Shown here one piece after another: positions 15,080 through 27,444 of a stretch of 47,832 nt of DNA (positions are counted from its first letter, which is position 1; every line of letters begins with the position of its first letter). A program made the position numbers and the translations under genes. Source of the stretch: Macrostomum lignano (Eukaryota); contig NIVC01004386.1 in assembly GCA_002269645.1 (NCBI GenBank), positions 1-47,832 of the forward strand, written 5' to 3'. The notes beneath the pieces were generated by a model. It searched no databases. It worked only from the letters and a program-made list of their open reading frames with translations, and was not told where the DNA came from.

Positions 15080-17087
15080 TGATGAGGACGCACCTTTTTT
15101 CAATCTTAGATTTTGCTTCGATGCGCTTTTCCTCTACTGTCAATAGGCTAGCTTAGGAATTTCTCTCCATTCTCTCATCTAGGCTAAGTTCTATACTAAT
15201 TTATGCCATTACTATTAGTTATGTTAGAAACTCAATACTTCTCTTAGGATTCTAATTTTGGATTGTTTACGCACCTTTGAAGGTCAGACTGTCTGGGTTT
15301 GAGATGGATTGACCTCCAACAGTCTAGACAGGCAACACTAAGTCTGGGAGGGACGTTTTCAACCTCGTTCTGACCCCCAGATTTGTGGCTTTTTTACTGT
15401 TCTCAGTGATTTATGGCCGTCTAGCTGTCACTTTTGGCTCCAGCCTGTCTGGGTCAAAGAGGTCTTTCCAGCTTTCTCCCCACTCGCTCTGTTGCTTTCT
15501 CCTTTGATTTATGGGCGTTTTGCTGTCACTTTTGGCGCCAGGATGTCTAGACAAGTGACTTTTATTATGTTTTGCTTATGATTTATGACCGCACCTGTCA
15601 AATTCCCTGGGGTCTGAAGGCCACAGCTGGTGGGGTGGGTTTTGGGGTCTTGAGCTCAGCCAACCAGAGTTGACCTGACTGCCCCCGGCTCGACCAATCA
15701 GAAAATTCGGCGCCTATTTTAACAAAAGCTCTCAGCCAATCGGAAAATTCGGCGTGCTTTATAACAAATCGGCCGCGTGAGAGCTATAAAAGGCGGCAAC
15801 TCGACCCGCGCTCGAGTACCTGCGGCTTTTCCGACCCTTTGGGTGTTTCCGGACTTGCTGGTGTCTTGTTCCGGCTGCCTTCGGCATCTGCATGGTCCCC
15901 CTTCCCCCGGCAGCTTCGGCTTCAGCAGCTAAGTTTTCCCTCGGGAGACGTCACCAGTCTTTCCCGGCCGCGAACCAAAAGCAGCACCGACCATCGGCAA
16001 GTGAAGAGTAGCGGCGGCAATCGTCAGTCAAGATCAGCAACAGCATCCCATCTGAGCGCTTCGGTCTCTGTGGATTCCTTGGCCACCGGCAGATAGGACC
16101 TGCTTAACTGGGTGCACCCTTTGTCTGACCCCTTCCTAGGTAGTCTGATAGGATTTGCACTTTTGCTTACTTGCTTTTGTGTGCCAATCTCGAGGCAGAA
16201 GTTCAGTTAATATTAAAAGTAGCCATTTGCTCTAACTCAATCTAAAGTGTTTAGGATTGCGGATTAAGTGAGAAAGTTAAATCTGGAAGTTAAAGACCTA
16301 GCGTTTTATTTCTTTTCGCAATGCCAGCTGAGATGAGCGGCTAAATCTAGAGGCAGAGGTCACGGTGGACCGGAAGCGGCACAGTTCCCAGTCGATCAGA
16401 CGATCTAAGAAATCATTATGTAAGCATGCAAATTAAGAGCCAGACTGGCGCTTTGGCGCGGTCACAGGCAGTTAAGCGGCTAAAGTAAGTTAAATATTAG
16501 TCTAAAGATCTCCGAAAGTGACAATGCATCTACATCAACGCTATCTGTCGACGTGTTAACACATTAGTGCCAAGAGCGTGCAGTTACGTGTACTTAAATA
16601 CATGTACTTCTGGGAATTTGGTAATGAAATAGTACATTTAGTAGTGTATGAATGCTCGCCAGTGCAAGAACCCCCTGCAAAAGTCCTCTCTGTCCCTGCA
16701 TGGCTAATGCGATCCTAGTCCCAGCAGCGTCCTTCTATTCGGCTATGATTTCGAGAAAGACAGCTAAAAGACACTAGATGGCAGTTAAGTGCAGTGCCCC
16801 TCTAGTCGGAAGTCCGATTTCGATAGCTCCGGTTTGGTGAGCCGGGGCGCACGGACTGGTGGCAGCGGGTTAGTTAATCTGCGGATTAGCTAATCTCTAC
16901 CTTTCAAATTCTCCGGCCCTGCTTGTCTCTCGCTGTCTTCTCCTAGCTATAGGACCTTGCTGCTCGCCCACAATCTAGCTATACCATGGGGCTGACCATC
17001 TGACAGGAGTGAGAGGCCAGAGTTCTAAGTGATTCATTTCTGAATTCTGAGGCCCGAAGCTATAGGCTTAAAAGGCCGAACCCATCA
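15080..17087 (+). mobile_element. Solo LTR (~2.0 kb), same family as 3047-5043
   Basis: Termini TGATGAGGACGCAC...GAACCCATCA with 4-bp TSD ATAC (15076-15079 and 17088-17091). No coding capacity seen. Confidence 0.82.
15694..15792 (+). promoter_or_regulatory. LTR U3-type promoter: two CCAAT boxes and a TATA box
   Basis: CCAAT at 15694 and 15736 and TATAAAAG at 15785-15792. The equivalent region is recognisable in the other solo LTR at ~4325-4430 on the minus strand. Confidence 0.55.
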
Positions 17088-18642
17088 ATACATGTATTGC
17101 CTAGAAGACGATATTGACTTGTTGATTCTAACATATCTTATCTATCTTCTTGGGTTGTTGCGCAAGTACTTGCAAGAACGTGCAAGATCTTCGCTATGAC
17201 AAATGAATAACAAAACAAATGTACCTCCCATCTTAGAAGATCCTGCAAGAACCGATCAGATTGAGAAGATCTGCTAAGAATGGCACAGATACAGGATCTG
17301 CTAAGTTTGAGAGAAACAGAATGTCCTCTAGGGTAGTGGTAGGATTCAACGCATTTAATCACACGTTTTTTACATGCAAGATTTTGCCATGCCAGGGGGA
17401 AGAAAGTGTCTAAAATATACTTCGTATAACTGGTTACAATTTTTATACTTTGAGTCGGGTTATAATTTTTCCAGTTCTTATAAAATGTCGCGCGCATTTA
17501 AATAACTTTTTTCATTGCTGAATTCGCCGCGGCGCGCATGGTCGTTGTTGCATACAGCGCTGATAGTGCCATTGCAATTGTACTCTTTTGTAGCGTTCTT
17601 TCACTGAACTATCTCAAATTTGTATTCTTAATTTTAATCTTCATTTCTCAGAGAGAAGAGAAGAGCCTAAATATTTCTTTATGATTTTTTCAATGGTTTC
17701 CTTGGGCTTGAAATTATTTGGTCCTAATGCCAATGGTCCTAATTAGACTTATTAGGCCTAATAAGACAGTAGGCCCTATATACAATATTTAGCTTACAAT
17801 ATTATAATATTACAATATTCTACCATATTAGCCGCCCCTCCCAAAATAGCTTGATGACAGAACAGAACATATTGCACCCCCCAAAAACCTAAATTTGCAC
17901 CTCTGACCTCTTAAACTAGATTTTTTGCCTCCAAATGCCTCTTTTGCACCTCTAAGCTTGATTTTTCACCTCCTAAATGCATTTTTGCGCCCCTGGCCTA
18001 AGATTGATTTTTTGCCTCTTAGATGCATTTTTGCACCTTTTAGGCTTAGCTTAAAAATTGGCACCACCCTATATATTTATATTGCCCATATTGCGGTGCG
18101 GATTGTGTTAAATGTATGCCAGAAAGTATTTGGCTATCTAGTAAAGTGTATGCCAATAAATTACACCAATTAAGTGTTCTAGTAAAATTGTATGCCACTA
18201 AAAATGCATGATTAACAAGCACATAACCAATGCAACAAGCATTAGATGCGGCGCGAATGAATAATAATTGCTGCAGAAAAATAAAGTATGTATCATTTAA
18301 AAATAAAAATAATTAGTGAAACAAAATAGTTACATATATAGGCCTAATCAATTTAGGTACATTCTTATTAATAAATTTGAGGCAGCGCTGGATTCTACCG
18401 CTGTACTTATGACTAAGTGACTAGCTGATTGACTATTGAAATATTGACTGTACATCCAGTGTACCCACCATCCCAATTTCGTACCCCATGCCCCCTGCCA
18501 CCCCAATGCGTTAATAATTATATATTGAGCTTCGTTTGTGTTAGCATCATTTATGATTAATATATCGAAACTGAGACATCGTTTATTTACAATACCAAAT
18601 CATCATGTTGCTCAGTTGAACTCTTAATTAAACGACGCGACA

Positions 18643-21600
18643 ATGGTGTTGCAAGCAGAAAGGCAGAGTCATGAACTCAATTTGGACGACGCCGACATGG
18701 CCAAAGCATGGATGCAGCAACTCTCAGCCACAGCGCACATCAAAAAGCTAACAGACTCGGATGAGGCTCGGGACAAAACTGACCTATTCTTATCTAAGGC
18801 CAGCCTTCAGGCAATTCGCACGCTATCCCTAATGGCAGCACCAAAAAAACTTGATGAGATGAAATTCGATGACATCAAAAAGCTCGTTGACGAGACGATC
18901 CGGCCGAAAAAGTCACTTGTAATTGCCAAACGCACCAGGTTCCTCAGCTTGAAGCAGGAATCAGGTGAGACCGTCATAGCCTACTACCGGAGGCTGAGGG
19001 CTGCTACGTCACACTGCGAATTTGAAAAGCTGGGCAGCAAGCAGACAAAGGAGGACGACATGATTACCATGCGATTAATTGACGGCCTCAACTCCTTAGA
19101 GCACAAAAAAGAATCTTGGAGCGCCTACAAAACGAAGATGGAGAAACGCCACTCAACAGGATTTTGCAAAATTTGCAGCAGCTTGAGCAGATCTGTGACT
19201 ACAACACGCCGGCTCCTGCTGACATTGCCTTCGCCGGTCAACAGAGGGGAGTCTCTTCACCTACCAAGCCGCAGCCGTCAATCAAATGCAGGTTCTGCGG
19301 CGCCAATCACCTGAGGGGCAACTGCCCAGCCTACGGCAAAAAATGCTCCAAGTGCCAAAAAATAAATCACTTTGCGGCTGTCTGCAGATCACGAGCTGTC
19401 CATCAAGAAATCGCAGTCGATGCAGAAGAAGCAGACATGTATACTCTCAGCCCCAACAGAGCTAAAGCGGGCCTCTTCAAGACCATCAAAATCAATGGCC
19501 AGGGTATCTCAATGCAAGTCGACACCGGAGCTGAGATCAGTCTGATTCCGCAGAACCTCTGGCGCCAGCTGGGCCGGCCCACCCTGCGCAAGTGCAGGAG
19601 AATTCTCCGGCAGTTCGACGGCTCCAGCATCGCCTGCCTCGGGGAATTCACTGCGTCACTCGAGACCAACTCGAAATTCGTCACGATTGGCCTGGTTGTC
19701 ACCGCCGCGGAGAAGAAGCACGGTCTGCTTGGCATGGACAACATAAAGCTCCAAGAAGACGCGGTCACCATCAACGCAGTCCAACAGCTCGGATGCCTCA
19801 AAGGGTTCAAAGCTAAGATTAGACTGGTGGAAGGAGCCAAAGCGTTCTATTGTGCTGCCCAGTCCATGCCGCTACACCTCAGAGACTTGGTGGTGCGCGA
19901 GCTGCAAAGAATGGAATCCGAGGGTATCATTGAGGCGGTCCCTCCCGGAGGCAGCCAGTGGGCATCGCCTATTGTCAACGTGCTCAAGCCAAATGGAAAG
20001 GTTCGTGTCTGTGCCGATTTCAAAGCTGGTGTCAATCACCAGATATGCAATGACACCTACCCGATCCCGGAGATGGAGACGATTTTTTCTGAGATAGCAG
20101 GCATGTCGCACTTTGCTAAACTGGATCTCTCTGATGCTTACCTGCAAATCGAACTCGATGAAGATAGCCGAGAGGTGACAACAATCGCGACACCTTTGGG
20201 TCTCTTCCGCTACAAAAGGCTGGTTCCCGGGCTGAAATCTGCATCGGCCATTTTCCAAAAAGCCATGGAAACAATCCTACAGGATGTCAGCAACAAGATT
20301 GTCTACCAGGATGACGTCCTCCTGGGAGCGAAGTCCAACGCCGAATTAAGGAGCAAAGTGCAGCACGTTCTCCAGACGATGCGAACTGCTGGAATGACAA
20401 TCAACGTAGAAAAGTCCAATCTAAGCGCAACGGAGGTCAGATTCCTCGGCTACAGCATCAGCGCGAGCGGGATCACCCCGGACCCCAATCTGGTCGGAAA
20501 AATTCGTTCCGTGAACTCGCCGAAGGACAGAAAGCAGCTCGAATCGTTTCTAGGACTTTCCAACTTCTTCGGGAGGTTTATTAAGAATTACTCTGACGTC
20601 ATAGAACCGCTCAATCAACTCCGGGGCCGAAACGTTGAGTTCGTCTGGGGCCCAGCCCAGGAAGCTGCCTTCACGCGAATCAAGGATCTGCTCTGCAGCG
20701 AGCCTGTAATCAAGCCGTATGACAAGCACAAAGAGACCACGCTTACCACCGATGCTAGCGAGAAAGCCATCGGAGCGATCCTCTCGCAGGGCAACCACCC
20801 GATCATGTACTTCAGCCGGAAACTGAGCAGTGCAGAAGCAGGGTATTCAAACATCGAGAGAGAGGCGCTGGCGATCGTTTGGGCTATGGAGCGTGCGAAA
20901 CAGTTCCTATTAGGGTCGCGCTTCACACTCAGAACGGATCATCGCCCGCTGGAATTCATCTTCGGGTCAAGGCGCCAGCTGCCGAAGGTTGCCAATGCGA
21001 GACTTCTCCGATGGGCAATCAAACTGATGGCCTTTGACTATGACATCGTCTACACTAAAGGCGAATCGATTCCGCAAGTAGATGCACTTTCGCGGCTGGA
21101 TTTTGAAGGTGACAGCGACACCGAGCTGACAGAGCGGCCGGAAAGCATCATTCACTGGACTGGCGAGGCTGTGATCCCGTGGCAGGAGTTGAAATCAGAG
21201 ACCCAAAGGGACCGACTGCTGCTTGATGTCATGAAACGCGTTGCTGTCAACAGATGGTCAAACTGTTCGCCAGCCGAAAGACCTTTCAAGGCCATCCGAC
21301 ACGCCCTCACGACCGACGACGGAGTTCTCTGCTACGGTGATCGCCCAGTCATCCCGGCTGTCCTCCGACAAGGCGTTCTTGGAATTGTGCACGATACGCA
21401 TCAGGGATCTGGCTCAACGCGCGCTCGCCTACAGAACTCAGCCTGGTGGCCCGGCTATTGCAGCGACGTCGAGGTCTACGTTCGAGGTTGCCCGACCTGC
21501 TCAAGACTGCGCCCGAGTGGTCTGGAGAGTGTCCACAGGTGGCCCGACGAGGAAAAGCCGTGGCACAGGGTCCACATGGATCATGCGTGCGTGCCGAGGG

Positions 21601-22487
21601 TCGGACTCCTGCTCATTCTAGTTGACGCTATGTCCGGCTGGCCCGAGGCCGTACGAGTGCAAAACAGGGACGCGGCGACAGTCAAGCGGGTGTTGCAGAC
21701 AGTCTTTGCTAGGAACAGCGTGCCTCATGTGCTGGTCAGCGACAACGCCGCCGAGTTCCACGACGCCAATCTGATCGCCTGGCTGGAAAGAATCGGCTGC
21801 CGCGCCATCAAGACTCCCCCGCGACACCCTCCGTCTAACGGCTTGGCCGAGCGGATGGTCCAGTCTATCAAGAGAGCATCTGCGGCGTGGGACCAGTCCG
21901 AAAGCTACGAGTCGTTCCTGTCCAGGGTACTCCTAAACTACAGGTGTGTGCCGCATGCTGGGCGCCAGCAGAGCCCGTCACAGCTCATGGGTCGAAAACT
22001 ACGCAACCCGATAACCATGCGCACACCAATCGGAGCGAGCCTGTGGTACACGCCTGGTGATCAGCAGCGTCAGGAGCAAGCTGAGTTCGTCGTGCAGAAG
22101 GGAACCAACACCACCCTAATCGCTCGTCAAGGCGGTCGCATCGCCCTGGCGCATGCGGATCAGCTGAGACGCGTTGTAGAAGACCAGGTCCAGCCAAACC
22201 GATTCGGCCGGAGCCTACCTATCGAACTCGGTCAGGATCTGCCAGGCGAAGTCGGTCAGGAGCCGCCTGGCGAACTCGGTCAGGACCCGCCTGGCGAACT
22301 CGGTCAGGACCCGCCTGGCGAACTCAGTCAGGACCCGCCTGGCGAACTCGGTCAGGACCCGCCTGGCGAACTCAGTCGGGACCCGCCCACCGAATCCGAA
22401 CAAGGCCCAAGTCAAACAGCAGTACGTCGCTACCCAGCTCGGTCAACTCGAGGCATGCCCCCTATCCGTTTTGAAGGGGGGAGATGA
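18643..22487 (+). CDS. Gag-Pol polyprotein (gag, 2 zinc knuckles, protease, RT, RNase H, integrase) with one frameshift at the A6 run 19105-19110
   Basis: Motifs: gag KQESGETVIAYYRRLR; CRFCGANHLRGNC and CSKCQKINHFAAVC; protease VDTGA; RT YQDD; RNase H TDAS; integrase HDTHQG..CPTC, LVDAMSG, SDNAAEF and GLAERMV. One added A joins ORFs 18643 and 19116 into a single frame. Confidence 0.93.
22224..22390 (+). repeat. In-frame 24-bp tandem repeat encoding (ELGQDPPG)n in the integrase tail
   Basis: About 7 units of GAACTCGGTCAGGACCCGCCTGGC, with a second copy at +3553 in the duplication. Confidence 0.95.
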
Positions 22488-23891
22488 GGCAGCGCTGGAT
22501 TCTACCGCTGTACTTATGACTAAGTGACTAGCTGATTGACTATTGAAATATTGACTGTACATCCAGTGTACCCACCACCCCGATTTCGTACCCCGTGCGC
22601 CCCGCCACCCCAATGCGTTAATAATTATATATTGAGCTTCATTTGTGTTAGCATCGTTTATGATTAATATATCAAAACTGAGACATCATTTATTTACAAT
22701 ACCAAATCATTGTGTTGCTCAGTTGAACTCTTAATTAAACGACGCGACAAAATTTATAAAAAATAACTATAGATATTATTTAAAAACTATTTTATTATCA
22801 TAAATTTAAAATTAACCTTATTATAGGGAATGATTGTTTAGCATAATTTACGCAATTATGACACAATTCAATGCTTTTGTTCATTGCGCAACAAGCTTGA
22901 AAATGTATAGTTAAGAATTGTACGCCGATGATTGTGTCAGAAAGTTGTATTTCCTCCCTGTATGCCATATGTACATTAGCTAAAGCATTTGTAGGCCAGA
23001 TGTATGCCAGCTAAAGCATTTGTCATAAGCCAAATGCTAAAGCCATACTACACCTTTCGCAATATGAATGTTGGTGCTCTAAACTTTGACTGCCCTCCCC
23101 AAAAAGAAACTAGATCTACTACTGCCTTGATTTATACTAGCTAGGCCTATGCACTATGCTTTATGTCTTACTTTTTTTACTAAACATGCAACTTACACTT
23201 AGGCTTACCTGTGTCTGTGAAAGAAAACATAGGCCTAAAGCAAAAAGCAATACAATTGTAGGTAAATAATAAGAGTAACTATGATTATATTATGAAGTCT
23301 AAAAATGCTTTATCATTTAATTAGTTTATTATCTAATCTTAATTAGTTTACTAGTTTACCATCTCTAATAGCAAGATTGTCTAGGCCTATATTTTTTAGG
23401 TAGGAATTTTTGTGACTTACCTTGGTTGGCCTCTTGCTAGCTAGTTAGATCAGCCAGGTTGGCTTGATATTGCGTATGTATATAGACTAAATAGATTTAA
23501 ATTCAAGTAGACCTATGTCCTACGCCTATGCCTATTAACTATAATATATTTGATAGGCCTATGGAATATTTTTGGCCCATATAGTTGCTGCAAAAAGTCT
23601 AACAATATTGTGCACAAAATTGGAAATTATCTCATGCCTCTGTCACTTTACTAGCAAAATTGAAACTCTTATTGCAGTTTCTACTAATTGTTTACTCATG
23701 CTTCATACTTTGTGAAATTTTCTAAAACTTATTTTTCAGTGCATCATAATAAATCCATTGTGTCAAGTTGTGACTTTACTAGGAAAAAAGCCTGGCATCA
23801 CTACAATTTCTATCAATTAAAGGCTAGTAGACTAGAGCAAGTCACTCAATATGAAATTTATTTTGTATTATAATAGCACCTATCATCAATA

Positions 23892-24569
23892 TTAATACTT
23901 TTTTGGATGGCCCTTCAACCATAGAACCTCTGTGCAGCACTTTATCATGGACTCCATTTGCCAAGAGCAAAGGTTAGGGCTGATGCTCTCTCACTCTTGC
24001 TGTACTGCTTGCCACAGGGTGTCCAGGAAGTATGGGTAGTACTTGGCAATGTGCACCTTTATGACTTGCCACAAATTTTCTATTGGTAAAAGGTTGGGTG
24101 ACTGTGCAGGTCAATGTAGCACATAAATTCACCTCTCCTGCAACAGCTGCTTTATAATTTATGCTGTATGGCAAGAGGCATTGCCTTGCTAGAAGATAAT
24201 ATTAGCCAATAAATGCTACTGCACATATGGCAGCATCACTTGTAATAGCAGCTCATGATAATGCATACTATTGACAGCATTGTCGAAGCAGACAATTGGT
24301 CCAATGCCAGCAGTGCTCATGCAGCCCCAAATAATTATGGAGTCTCCACCTCAGTTGCAGTTTGGTTCAGAGCAAAGGGCTGCAGGCACTCTCTTGTGTG
24401 CTAGCAAAGTTGCTGACATCTGTCGCAGCACAGGTGGTTCACTTTGCTCTTGTCAAAGAAGAGCACAAGATGCCACTGCTCCTCAGTGTCCTGCACGTGC
24501 TCATGGCCCACTGCTGATAAATGCAACAGTTGCGCTCAGATATAAGTGGCTTTTTCAATGTGTAGCAGC
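23892..24569 (-). pseudogene. 3' part of decayed Tc1 transposase (duplicated copy, cut at the junction)
   Basis: Identical to 27445-28122 apart from one noticed SNP. Contains EQWHLVLFFDKSK, IWGCMS and QSPNLLPIENLW. Confidence 0.8.
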
Positions 24570-24918
24570 ACTACAAAGGCAGCAGCTTCCACCGGGTGAT
24601 CCCGCAGTTCATGTGCCAGGGCGGCGACTTCACCCGGGGCAATGGCACCGGCGGCGAGTCCATCTACGGCGAGAAATTCCCCGACGAGAAATTCGCCATT
24701 AATCACAGCAAGCCATTCCTGCTGTCTATGGCCAATGCCGGGCCGAACACGAACGGCAGCCAGTTCTTCATCACTACTGTCAGTACTAGATGGCTGGATG
24801 GCAAGCACGTGGTGTTTGGCGAAGTTGTCAGCGGTGAAGACGTGGTTAAACGCATGGAAAGTCTGGGGTCGGAGTCGGGTCGAACATCTGCCCCGATTGT
24901 TATTGCTGACTGTGGACA
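24568..24918 (+). pseudogene. Captured 351-bp fragment of cyclophilin-1 exon 2
   Basis: Appears identical to 31866-32216 (offset 7298). It lacks the splice acceptor and the stop codon. Confidence 0.95.
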
Positions 24919-24928
24919 ATCTTGGACA

Positions 24929-26302
24929 TTCTTGGAATTGTGCACGATACGCATCAGGGATCTGGCTCAACGCGCGCTCGCCTACAGAACTCAGCCTGGT
25001 GGCCCGGCTATTGCAGCGACGTCGAGGTCTACGTTCGAGGTTGCCCGACCTGCTCAAGACTGCGCCCGAGTGGTCTGGAGAGTGTCCACAGGTGGCCCGA
25101 CGAGGAAAAGCCGTGGCACAGGGTCCACATGGATCATGCGTGCGTGCCGAGGGTCGGACTCCTGCTCATTCTAGTTGACGCTATGTCCGGCTGGCCCGAG
25201 GCCGTACGAGTGCAAAACAGGGACGCGGCGACAGTCAAGCGGGTGTTGCAGACAGTCTTTGCTAGGAACAGCGTGCCTCATGTGCTGGTCAGCGACAACG
25301 CCGCCGAGTTCCACGACGCCAATCTGATCGCCTGGCTGGAAAGAATCGGCTGCCGCGCCATCAAGACTCCCCCGCGACACCCTCCGTCTAACGGCTTGGC
25401 CGAGCGGATGGTCCAGTCTATCAAGAGAGCATCTGCGGCGTGGGACCAGTCCGAAAGCTACGAGTCGTTCCTGTCCAGGGTACTCCTAAACTACAGGTGT
25501 GTGCCGCATGCTGGGCGCCAGCAGAGCCCGTCACAGCTCATGGGTCGAAAACTACGCAACCCGATAACCATGCGCACACCAATCGGAGCGAGCCTGTGGT
25601 ACACGCCTGGTGATCAGCAGCGTCAGGAGCAAGCTGAGTTCGTCGTGCAGAAGGGAACCAACACCACCCTAATCGCTCGTCAAGGCGGTCGCATCGCCCT
25701 GGCGCATGCGGATCAGCTGAGACGCGTTGTAGAAGACCAGGTCCAGCCAAACCGATTCGGCCGGAGCCTACCTATCGAACTCGGTCAGGATCTGCCAGGC
25801 GAAGTCGGTCAGGAGCCGCCTGGCGAACTCGGTCAGGACCCGCCTGGCGAACTCGGTCAGGACCCGCCTGGCGAACTCAGTCAGGACCCGCCTGGCGAAC
25901 TCGGTCAGGACCCGCCTGGCGAACTCAGTCGGGACCCGCCCACCGAATCCGAACAAGGCCCAAGTCAAACAGCAGTACGTCGCTACCCAGCTCGGTCAAC
26001 TCGAGGCATGCCCCCTATCCGTTTTGAAGGGGGGAGATGAGGCAGCGCTGGATTCTACCGCTGTACTTATGACTAAGTGACTAGCTGATTGACTATTGAA
26101 ATATTGACTGTACATCCAGTGTACCCACCACCCCGATTTCGTACCCCGTGCGCCCCGCCACCCCAATGCGTTAATAATTATATATTGAGCTTCATTTGTG
26201 TTAGCATCGTTTATGATTAATATATCAAAACTGAGACATCATTTATTTACAATACCAAATCATTGTGTTGCTCAGTTGAACTCTTAATTAAACGACGCGA
26301 CA
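24929..26302 (+). mobile_element. Duplicated 3' portion of the Gypsy element (integrase plus a third LTR at 26038-26302)
   Basis: Copy of 21376-22749, followed by the same AAATT. It has no 5' LTR, gag or RT. Confidence 0.95.
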
Positions 26303-27444
26303 AAATTTATAAAAAATAACTATAGATATTATTTAAAAACTATTTTATTATCATAAATTTAAAATTAACCTTATTATAGGGAATGATTGTTTAGCATAAT
26401 TTACGCAATTATGACACAATTCAATGCTTTTGTTCATTGCGCAACAAGCTTGAAAATGTATAGTTAAGAATTGTACGCCGATGATTGTGTCAGAAAGTTG
26501 TATTTCCTCCCTGTATGCCATATGTACATTAGCTAAAGCATTTGTAGGCCAGATGTATGCCAGCTAAAGCATTTGTCATAAGCCAAATGCTAAAGCCATA
26601 CTACACCTTTCGCAATATGAATGTTGGTGCTCTAAACTTTGACTGCCCTCCCCAAAAAGAAACTAGATCTACTACTGCCTTGATTTATACTAGCTAGGCC
26701 TATGCACTATGCTTTATGTCTTACTTTTTTTACTAAACATGCAACTTACACTTAGGCTTACCTGTGTCTGTGAAAGAAAACATAGGCCTAAAGCAAAAAG
26801 CAATACAATTGTAGGTAAATAATAAGAGTAACTATGATTATATTATGAAGTCTAAAAATGCTTTATCATTTAATTAGTTTATTATCTAATCTTAATTAGT
26901 TTACTAGTTTACCATCTCTAATAGCAAGATTGTCTAGGCCTATATTTTTTAGGTAGGAATTTTTGTGACTTACCTTGGTTGGCCTCTTGCTAGCTAGTTA
27001 GATCAGCCAGGTTGGCTTGATATTGCGTATGTATATAGACTAAATAGATTTAAATTCAAGTAGACCTATGTCCTACGCCTATGCCTATTAACTATAATAT
27101 ATTTGATAGGCCTATGGAATATTTTTGGCCCATATAGTTGCTGCAAAAAGTCTAACAATATTGTGCACAAAATTGGAAATTATCTCATGCCTCTGTCACT
27201 TTACTAGCAAAATTGAAACTCTTATTGCAGTTTCTACTAATTGTTTACTCATGCTTCATACTTTGTGAAATTTTCTAAAACTTATTTTTCAGTGCATCAT
27301 AATAAATCCATTGTGTCAAGTTGTGACTTTACTAGGAAAAAAGCCTGGCATCACTACAATTTCTATCAATTAAAGGCTAGTAGACTAGAGCAAGTCACTC
27401 AATATGAAATTTATTTTGTATTATAATAGCACCTATCATCAATA

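Larger units (their letters stand above)
18378..22749 (+). mobile_element. Full-length Ty3/Gypsy LTR retrotransposon (Mag-like), 4372 bp
   Basis: 265-bp LTRs at 18378-18642 and 22485-22749 (TG...CA) with 5-bp TSD AAATT. Candidate PBS TGGTGTTGC lies 1 nt after the 5' LTR and PPT GAAGGGGGGAGA at 22473-22484. Confidence 0.97.

Noticed and set aside
17040-17087. Hammerhead-ribozyme-like pieces at solo LTR ends (GGCC..AAAGGCCGAA(A)C and CTGATGAG at 15079)
   Set aside because: The CUGAUGA and GAAA halves are at opposite ends of a 2-kb element and do not form a contiguous core. The C at 15079 belongs to the TSD.
19095-19120. Programmed -1 ribosomal frameshift between gag and pol
   Set aside because: The heptamer is non-canonical in frame, the site is inside gag, and Mag-type elements usually have a single ORF.
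19403-22415. Antisense and alternate-frame ORFs within the Gypsy element and GT32 genes
   Set aside because: They are expected shadows of GC-rich coding sequence and carry no independent motifs.
24271-24702. 143-aa and 165-aa (27824-28321) plus-strand ORFs
   Set aside because: They are antisense to the decayed Tc1 transposase, which has recognisable motifs on the minus strand.
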